Shown: positions 26,145-40,070, counted from the first letter of the stretch. The stretch is 64,000 bases of DNA from Lama guanicoe (GCA_013239625.1 MU054400.1:3541032-3605031); one strand, 5' to 3'. Program-made: numbers and translations. The notes: generated by a model from the sequence alone, not told the origin.

Positions 26145-26489
26145 GCTACACTTCAGAAACACCTTCAGGGTTTCCAGAAATCTCATTACCCTAACCATAC
26201 TGCAGATGAATTACGACAGAATCTCAGAAGGGGAGGCATGGACATAATATTTAAAGCCCCTTGGGTGAGTCCAGTGTGCAGCCAAGATTGAACCTCTAAG
26301 TCCAGGATATCCCCAAATTGCTAAAAACAAAAACAAATATTAATCTAAATTACAGTTGTGGGTCCCAATATTCCTTTAATTGTAGTATATATACCTACCT
26401 GACAAAGTGGGTTCAGAAAAGCAATAAATGTTTAATAACAGATTATTCTTCATGACAGAAAGCCCTGCCATTTGTAGATCAAAGTTTAC

Positions 26490-26680
26490 AAACATTTTTA
26501 TGATGCCTCATTTAATTCTTAACCCAAACCTAAAAGATGAGCAGTATTATGACCACTTCTAAGATGGTAAAACTGAGGCTTGGAGATGTTGTGACTTGCT
26601 AAGGTTCATACAACTAGTAAATGGTGAAGCCAGAATCAGAACTCAGATGCTGGTGGATTCGAATTCAGAACTGTCTCTAC
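26490..26680 (-). mobile_element. MIR SINE
   Basis: MIR core AGATGGTAAAACTGAGGCTTGGAGA...TGACTTGCTAAGGTTCATACAACTAGTAAATGG. A second MIR remnant lies at about 26950-27060. Confidence 0.75.
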
Positions 26681-28319
26681 TCCTGACCTGCCTATCAACT
26701 TAGTAAAACAGTATGTTCCTCTTTGACCTGAGAAATCACTGTTTTCACTTTGCGCTAAACTCTGGATGCCAGCAAATATGAAGTCCATCCTCACATAAGT
26801 GGTTGCCATCTTTTTGTACCATATTTTCCTGTCCTTTCCCTCTTATTCTGCAGTCTTTTCTGAGGGTGGGGGAGAATAGCTCATTTGTTCCTGTGGCTTC
26901 AGGGGTATAGAAGAAAAATCTAATTTCGTATTTGATAAACCCAAAAAGAAGACGGTTTTACAGATGATGAACTTGAGGTTTAGCTGAGAAAAGTAACTTC
27001 ACTACTTAGATATTTAGCTAGTAAGTGGCAGAGCAAGAACTTAAGCCCAGCTTTACGTGGACCTAGTGACCATGACAACTCTACTGCTTACCCTTTGCAG
27101 ATCACCCCCAAAGCGACATTGCCATCCTGACTTTTCCCCCCACTGGAGAATTTATTGCCTTAAAGACTTGCCTCTAACCCAGGCTGAGAGCTTCAACCCA
27201 CACAGATGAGATGGGCTTTCCTGGTATGTAACCCTTCAATTTAATTTCTCCTTGATGGTTTCTGTTTTCTGTTGCCCAGGATGGTATTAATCTTGGATAA
27301 GGTGCCATTCAGTGGGCCGCATTAGCTTGGTTCCCAGCAGATGGTAGCTCTTAGCCTAAGACCAAGGCTGATACATACAGCATCGTATCCAGGTGCTACT
27401 TGAAGGGTTTGGTGGGATCCCTCTGGAATGAGTTTGATGTGAATACCGCAGTTGGCAGGTAAGCTGATAGTGAGCAGTGCTACAAGTTTGACTAGAAACT
27501 AGATTTCAAGTTTTTACCTGCTCAGTGGGCTTCTGAGAATCCTGGTGTGCTTGACTGGCAGAGAGACCAGGGAATCAGATGAAGTTCTCTGAGCCCTGTC
27601 CAAGGTCAGACATGCCTGTCTCTGGGTCCTAGGTCTGCTCTGCATGGTGGCTAGCCATATGGATATGCTCTGGCCCACAAAGCGTGGGAGGGAAGAGGGG
27701 GACCAGCTAGGTACAGCTCTACCTGTCTGTTTGCACCCTGGCTGTTTAAAAACTCTGCACTTTGACGTCTCCTGGAATTGTGCCAATGAACAAGGCCTCC
27801 CACTGCCAACCGCTGCTAGCACCCCACACCTCCACTGCTTATCTGACCTGTGGAATTCTCTAGTGGTATTAGCTAGAGAACCAGGAAGCAATCCGTGGGC
27901 TCAGATAACTCCTGTCCCAAGAATGGCCCTGGTGTCAGAAGTCATGGTGGATGATTGTGTTCTGCTGGGAAGTCCACTCTCCTTAGAAGTCTGTGCTCTT
28001 GGGGTTCAGGGGGCGTCATGCAGAAATTCTCATCTTCACAAGTTGCCCATTTGCTTTTGCCACCTAACCAGCTGAAAAATCGACACACAGTTAGCAGGAA
28101 TTTGTGAGATACTATTGCTTGCAGCTCTGCCTCCGGGGCCAGTGGGTGGCCGCAAATTTCTCCATGGTACCAAGCTGGTCACAAAATAATGCTGTCTTAA
28201 CAGGGAGCTTGATTTCTGCCTCACGGAGGGTGGCTTTATTCCAGGAATTTGAGTTCTGACCAAAAATATTTCTAGCCTCTCTGAGCTGGAGTCTCAAGTC
28301 CTCTGAGAGATTTGACTTA

Positions 28320-30470
28320 AAAAAAAAAGTATTATTGATATGTAATTTATGTACTGTAAACTTCACTCATTTTAAAGGTATACTTGAATAATTTTTTAGT
28401 AACCTTAAGAGTTGTGGATTGCTTTGGGTAGTGTGGCCATTTTGATAGTGTTGATTCTTCCAATCCAAGAGTGCATGAAATCTTCCCATTTCTTTGTGTC
28501 ATTTCAGCTTTCAGATTATGGGTAACCTCCTTGGTTAAGTTTATTTGCAAATATTTTGTTGTTTTTAATGTAATGAAAGTGTTTATGCCAGTTATAAAAT
28601 TCTGGTTTTTGAAGTGAAAAAAAAGTGAACGAAGGGCCACAAATGGCAAAGCATCCTTCTTTCTTATGGGTGAGTTGTATTCCATTACAACTATTGATGT
28701 GCACTTAAGATGCTTCCATATCTTGGCAATCATAAATAATGTTGCTGTTAATAGCAGGGTGTATGTATCTTTTTGAATTAATTCTTATTTTGTGGTTGGC
28801 TTTATTCCTTTGATAATGATGTAAGTTTAAAAAGCTAAAGCTCTAAACGTTCTTAGAAACAATGAACAGTACATATATGTAAATTAAAAAATATATGTGC
28901 AGTGAAAAAAATTTAGCTATCAAGCCATGAAAGACATGGAAGAAACTTAAAAGACATATTACTAAATGAAAGAAGCCAGTCTGAAAAGGCTACAAACTGT
29001 ATGATTCCAGCCAAATGACATTCTGCAAAAGGCACAGCTATAGAAACAATAAAAAGATCGTGGTTTCTAGGGGTGTGGGGGGAGGGAGGGAGGAATGAAT
29101 AGATGGAGCACAAGGGATTTTCAGAGCAATGAAATTATTCTGTATGATACTATAGTGGTGGCTACGTGTCATTATGCATTTGTCAAAGCCCATAGAATGT
29201 ACAACATCAAGAATGAACCCTAACGTAAACTGTGGACTTTGGCTGATAATAATGTGCCCATGCTGGTTCATTGATTGTACCAAATATATCACACTGATGA
29301 GGGATGTTGATGGTAGGGGAGTATATATGTGTGTGGGTGGGGAGGGCTATGTGCAAACTCTGTATTTTCTGCTGTAAACCTGAAATTGCTCTAAAAAAAT
29401 AGTCTATTAAAAAACTAGAGTTGTGAAACCATCATCATGATCTAATTTTGGAATATTTTCACCACTCTAAAAAATCCCTCATGACAATTTACAGTTATTC
29501 CTCATTCTCACCCTCGACTACCCCAAATTCTTTTCTAAAAACAGCTTTATTGAGAGAATTCACATACCTTAAAATTCACCCATTTAAAGTGTATAATTCA
29601 ATGGCTGTTTAGAATATTCAGGGCAACCATTACTACAATCAATATTAGAACTTTTTAATTACCTCCAAGAAACCCTGTAGCTTTTAGGCATCACCTTGTA
29701 ACCCGGGGCCTAGGCAACCACCAATCTACTTTCTATCTCTGTAGACTTACCTTTTCTGGATAGTTCACATAAACTGAATCCTATATGTAGTCTTTTGTGA
29801 CTGGCTTATTTCACTTAGCCTAATGCTTTCAAGGCCCATTCATGTTGTAGCAGGTATCAGTATTTCGTTTCTTTTTATTGCTGAATAATATTCCATTGTA
29901 TGGATATACTACATTTTATTTATCCATCCATTAGTTGATGAACATTTGGGTTATTTCCACTGTAGGACTATTATGAATAATACTGGTCTAAACATTCATG
30001 TACATGCTTTTGAGTGGATACATTTTAATTTCTCTTAGGTATATACCTAGCAGTGGAAGAGCTGAGTCATATGGTATGTTTAGCCTTTTGAAGAACTGCT
30101 AGACTGTTTCCAGAGCAGCTGTACCATTTTACATTCCCGTCAGCAATGTATGAGGGCTTCAGTATTACCACATCCTCGCTAACACTTGTTACCATGGGTC
30201 TCTTTTATTGGTATGAAGTGGAATCTCATTGTAGTTTTGACCTGTGTTTTCCTGACAGCTAATAATGCTGAGCATCTCTTCATGTGCTTATTAGACACTT
30301 AGGTGTCTTATTTGCAGAGCTGTTCAGATCCTTTGCCCATTTTCAAATTGAGTTTTTGTCTTTATTATTGAGTTATAATAGTTATTTATATACGCTATAT
30401 AAAAGTCCTGTATGAGATATATGACTTACAAAACTTTCTTTCATTCTTTGGGGTATTTTTCCTTTCTTCA
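28320..30470 (-). mobile_element. Mosaic of old L1 fragments (minus) with a plus-strand L1M 3' piece at about 28890-29410
   Basis: KYLQINLTKEV and IAKIWKHLKC ORF2 remnants, L1M 3' UTR motifs, and plus-strand AAGCCAGTCTGAAAAGGCTACAAACTGTATGATTCCA. Confidence 0.8.
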
Positions 30471-30528
30471 AAGTTTCTACCATGGCTGTGGCACTTACCC
30501 TCAGTCTGGCTCATGCTGTAGTTAGTTG

Positions 30529-31172
30529 CGTTTTTGTGGGGTTTTGGGGCATATATGTATCTTTTTAGTGAAGTATAGTCAGTTTACAATTTTATGTCGA
30601 TTTCTGGTGTATGGCACAATGCTTCAGTCATCCAGGAACATACATACATTTGTTTTCATATTCTTTTTCATCATAACTTACTACAAGATATTGAATATAG
30701 TTCCCTGTGCTATATAGTATAAACTTGTCATTTATCTGTTCTATATATAATAGTTAGTATCTGCAAATCTTGAACTCCCACTTTATCCCTTCCCACCCCC
30801 TTTATCCCCTGGCAACCATAAGTGTGTTTTTTATGTCTTTGAGTCTGTTTCTGCTTTGTAGATAAGTTCATTTGTGTCCTTTTTTTTTTAATTCCACATG
30901 CAAGGGATACCATATGGAATTTTTCTTTCTCTTCCTGGCTTACTTTACTTAGAATGACAATCTCCAGGTCCATCCATGTTGCTGCAAATGACATTATTTC
31001 ATTCTTTTTTATGGCTGAGTAGGATTCCATTGTATAAATATACCACAACTTCTTTATCCAGTCATCTGTTGGTGGACACTTAGGTTGTTTCCATGTCTTG
31101 GCTATTGTATATAGTGCTGCTATGAAAGTTGGAGTTCATGTATATTTTGAATTAAAGTTCCCTCTGGATATA
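30529..31172 (-). mobile_element. Lineage-specific L1 3' end, 5'-truncated
   Basis: [37 protein letters not shown]. 18-bp TSD TCATG[C/T]TGTAGTTAGTTG at 30511-30528 and 31173-31190. Confidence 0.93.
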
Positions 31173-34100
31173 TCATGTTGTAGTTAGTTGTTAACATCTA
31201 ACTCTCTCCCTTGAAATCAGAAGCTAGCTGAGGGTCGCACCTTCATTTTGGTACCCTCAGAAACCTAGATACACTTTTGCACATATGTAGTACTAATATT
31301 TGGGATTTGAGGTCTGAATTCCAGGTCCTGTTATCTGAAGTATTTCAAATGGCATGACTAAAGCCAGAGACAGTTTTCCAAGCAAGAATAAAACCCAGGT
31401 GCCTTGTATCTGGATAAAATAAATAGGTGAACACAGTTGATTCTATCTATTGACAGTTGTTCCCTTTAACAAGGAAAAATAGCGTTGCTATTTCAATCAA
31501 CACTTTATAAATAAGCCATATTCCAAAGATCCATTTGCATGGCAGTGATTTGTACTGCTGAACATATTTTCATCTAGTACCAATGTGATAACAGTGGTTC
31601 GGTTTATGATTCTGGAACCCAAAGCCAAATGAAGTTTTGAAGAAGCTTGATGTCAAGAGTACACTAAGTATATTATAGGCAAACAAACAACAAAACAAAA
31701 AACCGTTTGTGATCTGGACTGGTAGGAACTGAGGCATTGTTCATCATGTTATTTCTGTGGGGAATTGTGTCATAGTATCAGTCAACAGCATAAATACATG
31801 GCTCCTTTCTGTGTAAATCTGTTGTGGACCCTGTGACCTCTGGGTCAGCAAGTCTGAAGTTAACAGAGTATTTGGGGGTATAAGGAGCATTTCCCACAAA
31901 CCTCAAGGTAGACTGGTTATTCCTAAGGATGATCTGTGAAATACCCAAATACCAATTTCAAGAAACAGTTAACATTTGAATATTATAAACTATCAAAATG
32001 ATGGCCATGAGAATTATGCAGTTACATGGACACATGCTTACAAGTGCAGAACTGTAGAATCTGTTATGCTAAACGACACATCCCCTCCCCCACCACACAC
32101 CCAAAGGGGAAAACAGTAACAACATATTCCAGCAGAGGGGAAAAAAACTAGAAACAAAAAGACTGAAATGCTAACAGTAATTTTGTGGGGGTTGAATTAG
32201 TGTTTTCTGCTTTTCTTACTTCTCAATTACCTCTAATTTGTTTAATTTGTTGTATAATAAAACACCAGAATAATTTATCTTTATAAGCTGCAATTTCTGT
32301 GAGAGCAGGGACCTTGTTTCTCTTAAATATAGAGATACGACCACTCCATAGACAAGTATGTGGTGCAGAAAAAGACGCTTAATATATATTTGTGTTATGT
32401 GAGTAATCAGTTTAAAGGTTTCAGAACTGGAAAATAAGAGTTTGGAATGCAGTGATGGACCTGATCATAATAGAGGTACTTTTTCTTCATTGTATTTTTC
32501 TCATATGGAGGAAAGAGAGGGCAGCAGTATGTGAAGAAGCAAAGAATCATACAGTTTTTCTTAGAGGTCTGTATTGTGAAGAAAGAATCCACAATGTGAT
32601 TGCAGCCTGATGTTAGCAGAACAAAAAAGGATGTGCAGAAGTGAAAATTGTATTCAAAAAAAATCCTAAAAGATAGACATGTATCTTGCCCAGTCGACTT
32701 TAATTTCCAGAAAGGATGAGCACGTGAGAGAAGAGTGGTGCTCAGTAGTCCTTTGTCTGTTTCATTGTAATACACGCAGGGAAAACAGTGTGTCTCGTAG
32801 CCTAGATTCTTGTAGAACCTTGAAGTTATGACGCTTCTTCAGGTCTTTTTAGTGCAACTCCAGGTCTTTCAACTCTCATGTGTTGACGTTATAATGATAA
32901 CTCTAAATTTCATGTACTGGCATATCTAGTTCTTGAATGTCCCCTAAGGAGCAGTATTGAAAAATTACCAGTCTTAGTTTGTATACTCTATCTGGATTAT
33001 TTTCAAATTATTTTGCTAGTGATTTTGTAAGAAAGGTCGTTAGATTTCATTTTGTAGTGTTTTTTAGCTACATCGCCTTCCAGTTTTGAAGCAATCTTAT
33101 TAGTACTAACTTTATGTTGTATAGTCCTAGTTAATACCAATGAATATAAATCTCATTTGTTTGTACTTAAGCATATTTTAAAGAATAACTGGCAGAGAAA
33201 GATGGAAATAAACCATTCTATAAATAACAATGTTCTTTTCATGATTTTCTACATTTGAGTTGCCCAAACATATTTTTTTTTAAACTTTGACAGCATTCTC
33301 CAAGGACTTCAAATGTTTAGGGACAGTGGAGGTTAAAGTAGTATTTCATATTTCTTTTCTAAAAGGCAAACATGACTATTTATAGCTCTTAGAATGTCAT
33401 GTCTAAAGGATAAAGAGAAATTTCTAATACATCTCATACAAGCATCTATATTTTTGGTTCCATTTAGTTTAGAATGAAAGTGATTTTACATTTTATCCCA
33501 GGGCTGACAATCATAAAAGGCTTAATATAAATCTTAAAACTTCTGAAAGGCTGCTCTGTAGGCAACTAAAAAAGTACTCCTGGAAAGTACAGAGGCTGAA
33601 GCATGAGTGCCTTTATAGTTTTATAAACTCAAGTCACTGAAATGGATTTTTGAAGAGACAGGGGTATAAAATAAAGATCCTTTTCCTCAAAGATGTTTAA
33701 AAATGAAATAAGCAGTCATGAATCTGGGTGTGACAAAAGTGAGGTACTAGAACTTCGCTGTCAGTACCAGATAAACAGCCTTCTAGACAGCGTAGTCGAG
33801 TAGTACTAAATAACCATGCTATAAGAAAACTGAGAGAAAGGCTGACATTATATAATTTTACAGTTTTCTAAACTTTGATTCTTACAACCCTGTAAGCAAT
33901 GTTAAGTCGCTGTTTTACAAAAAAGGACACTGGAATTTAGCATGTTCAGGAGACTTGCTCCAGATCCCTTAGTCAGACTTCCTGTTAAATATAGTGGACA
34001 GGACGCACAGGTATGAACCTCCACATAATGAGAGTGAAATGGCACACACTCACAAGGACAAAAGAAATGGATGAAGGAAAAACAATGTCTTTGAAGATAT

Positions 34101-35604
34101 GAAGCAGATGGATGAGGGCACTTACTTAGCAGAGCTAAGAGCCAGTGATGGGGAAAGCCAAGAAACCACCCATTTTGTGCCACAGAAACACCCAGAAGAC
34201 CCAGGAATAAATGGAACCAGCTACCTCCCAAAGTGGAGGTTAGGGTGAGGCTAAAATCGGGAATGTGTTTCAGAAGTACCAGGACCTGACATCTCCTCCC
34301 CAGTTCTTTATGGCTATTACTGCCCCTCCTCCATCCCTGTAGAAGATTGGAAAAGGTAAAGGAGAGAATCTCTGGCACAGGGGGTGCTAGTGTGGGAAGG
34401 GATACTGGAATAGATGAGAGAGGTGGGTACCTTATGAGAAAGGGAAGTTAAGTAAAAATGTTGTAATAGGTTTTGATTCTCCCTCCTCCACCTCCCAGCC
34501 TTCTTCCTCCAGTCCAAGTGGCTGTTCAGCTAGCAGATATTGGGGGCAAAGCTCCTAATTTGCACAGCTCTGGGGGAGCCTTTCACACAATTTATGTGAA
34601 TGACACCCCCAAAGTTGTGCAGTGCCCAGCTTGCATATCCATACATCAGGACCTTTAATCAGAAGCACCTTCTCTGGTAAATCAGACCAGTCCAAGACAC
34701 AAGACCCAAAGATAATGTCAGGGATTCACCAATTGAATGGCCCAGGCAGGTCTACTCACAGAGAAGTCAACATTTGACAAGTCCCTACTGGGAGCACAAA
34801 GTCTTAGATCTACTCTTTGAAATAACATGCTTCAAAATAAACTTCTAGCCACCATCCACCAGACTGAAGAAGTCTCTTATAGGAAAGACAGAGTGAAAAA
34901 AATTAGAAAAAAATAATTTTCTCTTCTCTCTGCATATTTTATCATTAATGATATCAGAGATATGAGAAGATAATGCATATGTAGAAGACACTATTCTATT
35001 ACAGTAAGAAATGTTTAGGGAATAAAAAAGGCCTCTTGGAAAATCATCTCACATTTCCTCATTATTAAATACAAAGAATAAAAATTAAAGGGACCAACTA
35101 GTCATCTTACAAAACTAGAAAAGAACTACCAAAAGAGCCTGAGATGGCATTAATGAGGAAAATATAAAAAAATTAATTAGAAAACATATAAAAAGGCCAA
35201 AACATTAAAAGTTGGGTTTTGAGGAAAAGAACACAAATGGAAAAATTATGAGTTAAGCTTTTTACAAGCCAGATAAGGGGGGAAAAAAAGGACAAGGCCA
35301 GAAATCACAAAGGAGAAATAACACAGATGAGTGAGATTTAAAAGAATCCTGTGAGTGGAAAAATACTTGTGTGTCTGAGTGTTCTATGACAATTTTCATT
35401 ATTGTGAAAGATCTGTAATCCATTTTGAAGATAAATAGAATATAAAACAGTATGTACAGTGAGAACACACTTTTAATACAGAGACAAAATAAAAGCATAT
35501 ATATACATGGAAAATGAATGGACAGTAAGAACAAAGGTCATCTTTCAGTCTAGGATTATGGGTGATTTTTATATGTTGGCTTACATGCATAAATAATTTT
35601 TTAT

Positions 35605-35697
35605 TATTACTTTTTTTTAAGGAGGTACTGGGGACTGAACTCAGGACCTTGTACATGCTAAACACATGCTCTACCACTGAGCTAAACCCTCCACCAC
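35605..35697 (-). mobile_element. tRNA-derived SINE (camelid vic-1 type)
   Basis: Minus strand reads GGTTTAGCTCAGTGGTAGAGCATGTG...GAGTTCAGTCCCCAGTACCTCC plus A-tail (A and B boxes). Perfect 17-bp TSD CATAAATAATTTTTTAT at 35588-35604 and 35698-35714. Confidence 0.92.
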
Positions 35698-36996
35698 CAT
35701 AAATAATTTTTTATATTGGTTTTATACCAAACATACACCTAATGGGCATTGTAGTAAAAATTTAATAAACACTAACAAAGAATTTATGTCACTGAACATT
35801 AACTATTCAGTGTAACATTTAAGGAGAAAACACTTTTAAATTTCCCAATTTACTTTGCAGTTTCCACAGCAACGTTATTTTGTAGCAACATACTTGTTGC
35901 AATGTTTCATGTTACTCATATTGTTAGGATTATGTAATACAGAAGAGTAAGGACCATTTTGTCCTTCAATAAGATAAAGCCATTAGGGACAGACATGTGG
36001 CTATGAATTTCTTTCTTAAAGAAAACTTATTATGAAAATAAAACATATACAAAAGTAGAGAGAATAGTATAATAAACTCCTATCCATCACCATCGTCCAA
36101 AACCATCAACAAATCTCATTCCCTCTGTCCATTTACCCCCAAACACACTGGATGATTTTAAAGGAAATACCAGGCATATCTCTTCACTTATAAATTTTCA
36201 GCATGGATCATTTAAAAAATGTTGTTTTTAAAAGATTACTGCAATACCATTATACTACCTAAATTTTAAAAAATTTAATATGAGATATCCAGTCAATGTT
36301 CAAATTTGCTCAACAGATTCGAATTGTTTACAGTGTATTTCATTTGGGATCTAAAGTTTATCTAATTCATACTTTTTTTCCACTATTTCAATTTCTTTTC
36401 TAACTCATTAAATTCATATTTTACCCACATTTGGTTGATAAGCCTTCTATGATCACTTCCTTCTTGACAGAAGTTTAAGAGCTTCAACGTCTATACATTA
36501 GACAACTTATTGATATGTAATCTTTTTGTAAGTAAAAAAAAAATTCACTTGATTGGCCCCAGAAAAATGTTTGAAAATCATTCATAAAAAGGGATTTTGT
36601 AAAGATTTTTTTTTAGCAAAGAAAGCAATGTTATAAGTTACGTATGTGCGTTGTTAATTGCAGGGATACTTCAGAGTTAACATCTCTCTCAGATTCAGTG
36701 ACCCACTCTCCTGGCTTTTCTCTGCTTCAACCTTTATTCTCAGAGTCCTGGGTTCTCTTCCTCTACCTGATCTCTAAATGTTGAGGTTCCTCAGGTTCCA
36801 TTCTGAGCCCACTTCCCTCTTGACACCATCTTCCTATGGGATCTCCATAATACCCATGGTTCTAAATGATATCTTTATTGATACATTGGACTATAAAATA
36901 CTTTCAAATAGCAAATCCACCCCCCCCAAAATTAAAACAGCCAAAAACAAAGTAAAAAGACAAACGATAGAATGGCTTAAAAAATTGCAGCTTAAA

Positions 36997-37112
36997 CCTA
37001 CAATGAAGAAGACTATGAAAACAAATATATGTATGTATATGCATGACTGGGACATTGTGCTGTTCACCAGAAATGGACACATTGTAACTGACTGTACTTC
37101 AATTAAAAAAAA
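36997..37112 (+). mobile_element. Short young L1 3' end nested in an ancient plus-strand L1 (about 36930-37640)
   Basis: GGGACATTGTGCTGTTCACCAGAAATGGACACATTGTAACTGACTGTACTTCAATTAAAAAAAA. Flanks contain ATGCAAATTAAAACTACACTGAGG and AAACAACCTAAATGTCCATCAACAG (old ORF2 end). Confidence 0.75.
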
Positions 37113-38164
37113 CCGTAACTTAAATCAAAAGAGTTAATATACAGAGCTTTTTAAAAGAAAAAAAAAATCCTGTAGAAAAATAAAGGCAGACAGATCACAG
37201 AGAAAGATTTAAATTGTCCTTAAAAAGAGAAAGATTTTCTACTTCACTCATGATAAGAGAATGCAAATTAAAACTACACTGAGGTATTTTTATCACTTGG
37301 CAGTTTGGCAAAATTCTAAAACTTGACCACATAGAGTATTGATGAGGCCATGGGAAATGGAGTACTCTCATATATTGCTGTTGGGGGGTGGGGGTGGGGT
37401 TGGAAACCTTGATGGGGGAATTTGGCAATAGCAAAATTACACATGCATGTCTATTTAGACCCTAAATTCTGCTTATATGAATTTAGCCCAAAGATACACT
37501 GGCAAAACTATGAAAAGGCATATGTATACATCACATGGTAGCACTATTTTTAATGGTAAAACCCTGGAAACAACCTAAATGTCCATCAACAGAGAATTAG
37601 TTGAATAAATTATGGTATATTCACTCAGTGAAGTGCGGTAACTATCTTTTTAGACTGTCAGTTGAGGACACAGCCACATTAGGGAAAAAGGTATATAATA
37701 AATATACACATATGTATTAAACAAAATTATTAAAAATGGGTATTTAGAATTATGTATTCTGTTTAATTTTCTGTTGCTTAAATACTGTTATTTAAACAAA
37801 AAATAGGACTAGTTAACAGTGGTAATTAGTAGTAATTGATAGTAGGAACAACTAATTAACATGTGAGAAAAATACAATTATAATGGTGATACATCAAACA
37901 TTATACGGAGGATACTTACTCATTAGCCCCTAACACAGACGTTTTCTTTAACTTTTTTTTATAACTTTTTGTTGGATTATTCTATATTAAGATATGTAAT
38001 TAAGACTTTTTAAAAGGAGAATGTAACTACAATAGAACTAACTGAACTGATATTACCTATATGTAATAAATAAAAGCCGACCACTGTCCTTAGTGCTGGG
38101 GATACAACTTTGATCAAAATACGCAAAGTCCCTGCCCTCAGGAAATACATAAATATATATCTTA

Positions 38165-38880
38165 CTTTAAAAACCAACTTTATTGAGGTTTGATATGCAC
38201 ATATTGTGTGTACTTCGGTGAATTTTTACAAATGAATTCAGCCTTATAACCACCACCACCACAATCAAGATAAACACTTCCATCACCTCAAATCACCTAG
38301 CCCTAGTCCAATTAATTCTTCTTTGTTACCCCTCCACCGCCCCACCAACCCTGCATTCACTGTTCTGTTTTCTGTCCCTGTAGATTAGATGTCTTTTTCA
38401 GAGTTTCGTATAAATGGAATCACCCTCTTTTGCTCACACATTGATTTCCTTTGCTCAAAATGTTTTTGAGATTCATATTTTTGCGTGTCAAATAGTCATC
38501 CCTGTTTGTCAGTAATTACTATTCATTATGTGGATAATTACATATCATTATCTGGCTATACCACAAGTTGTTTAGATTCACCAGTTGATGATCTTTGGGG
38601 TCATTTCTAGTTTTTGATCATTAAAAATAAAGCTATTGAAAATTAATGTATCAGTTTTTGTGTGGACACATTTTCATTACTAAGTAAACACCTAGGAGTG
38701 GAATTGCTGGATCACCTAAGTGCATGATTAATTTTATGATAGAAGAGACCCCGTTTACCAAAGAGGCTGTACCATTTTGTATTCCCATCAGCAACATATG
38801 AAAGGTCCAGAGGTTCCACGTCGTCAACATTCGGTACCGTCTTCTAAATTTTGGCCAGTTTAATGGCTGTGTAGTGGTAA
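38165..38880 (-). mobile_element. Old L1M 3' fragment just upstream of the promoter
   Basis: AACTTTATTGAGG...CACCACAATCAAGATA...CCTAGGAGTGGAATTGCTGGATCA...TGTACCATTTTGTATTCCCATCAGCAA. Confidence 0.8.
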
Positions 38881-39129
38881 AGAAGCTTTTCGTTTCCTAC
38901 CGTACTAGCCCACTTATTTAAAACTCGTTATTAATTTAGAAGAAGTCTAAAAATATGTGAAGGGTTTAAGAAAATGACTGGCTTGATTATGCTGAAATTT
39001 TGTTTCCATTTTTCCTCACGAAATCCCCAGACTATCTAGGAAACATAAATGCGGTGTCAGGCAGCAGTAGCTCGATGGACCTCTCGAGGCTGGGGTCTTC
39101 ATTTACGGACCCAATATCTACTGTCTAGG

Positions 39130-40070
39130 TAAGTTAACCATTGCTTCCTCGCGCCTCCGCGTCACCTTTCTAAGAATTTCCCAGGGAGCCGCGCGGGGCG
39201 AGGCGGGGCGGGTTCTGGGCCTCTAGGTCCCGCCCCTTACCGGGACCCACCTACTACCCAGGACACGGCCCGAGGCTGGAGAAGGAAGGTCGCTTCCGGT
39301 CTCGCGATTGGCTCTAATCCCGCGAGAAGAGAACATGGCCTCCATCGGTCGAACGGCGGCAGTGGCGAGGAAGGGGGTGTGGCCGGGGAGCGCGAAGTCT
39401 CCAGGCGTGAGGGAGAGGGGGCGGGGTCGCGCGCACTGGGCGTACGCATGCGCGCACAGGGACAGTCGGGCTGGGCTGAGAGGGGAGGGGGCGACGGCGG
39501 CCGAGGCGGCGTCGTTATTTCCGCGGTCCGGACGGTGAGTGGCGGCGCGGGTGGCCAAGAGAGAAGTAGGTAGGGACCGGCGTGCGGAGCCGTTGAGACT
39601 TCCTCCCTCCCGTGTCCGAGAGTAGCAGCCTCCCGCGTGTGTGGCGGACCCTGGGGACGCCAGGTCACCCTGCGGCCCCGGCCCTCCCGCCGCGCTTCAG
39701 GTAGGAGCTGCGGGCTCCCCGGTGCCCGCTGCCCGCCGGGGCCCTGGGCTTATCCAGTGTTACCGGGGCGACGACCTGGCACCGGGCGTGCCCGTCCTCC
39801 CGCACGAGGACAGCCCTGTCCTTGCTTGCGTGCCCATGGGGCCGGGACCGGGCCGGGCTGACCAGGGTGGGGCGGGTCCCCGCCTCAGGTGCACCCCCGC
39901 CCTGGGCCCGGCGGCTGGGACCTGGTGGTGCTCTCCCTCACGCCGCGCCCGGCGGATCGGCCCTGCAGGGGTCCTGCCCGGCCTGGAGAGGTTGGCCCAG
40001 CGAGCTCCGGGCCGGTGAGGGACCACCTCCACATGAGTAGATGCGGCACGGGGTCCTGGGCAGCGAGAGG
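39130..40070. promoter_or_regulatory. NAA35: CpG island / NAA35 promoter
   Basis: Abrupt GC- and CpG-rich block in AT-rich, CpG-depleted DNA, about 400 bp upstream of the first coding exon. Contains GC boxes (39193-39212, 39417-39427), ETS CTTCCGG (39293-39299), reverse CCAAT (ATTGG 39307-39311), TCTCGCGA and TCCCGCGAGA (39300-39327), YY1-like AACATGGC (39332-39339) and NRF1-like TACGCATGCGCG (39443-39454). No TATA box seen. Confidence 0.93.
39460..39569 (+). other. NAA35: Probable non-coding exon 1 (5' UTR) of NAA35; start approximate, 3' end at 39569 (AG|GTAGGG) or 39534 (ACG|GTGAGT)
   Basis: The ATG exon has an acceptor only 5 nt before the start codon, so an upstream non-coding exon is required. 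Both candidate donors lie in the CpG island just downstream of the NRF1/GC-box cluster. The TSS cannot be fixed from sequence. Confidence 0.65.

Noticed and set aside
33902..34378. 158-aa minus-strand ORF
   Set aside because: No recognisable homology or convincing splice context. It overlaps degenerate MIR-like and ancient repeat sequence.
35620..35692. tRNA gene
   Set aside because: The A/B boxes belong to a SINE with an A-tail and TSD. There is no intact cloverleaf.
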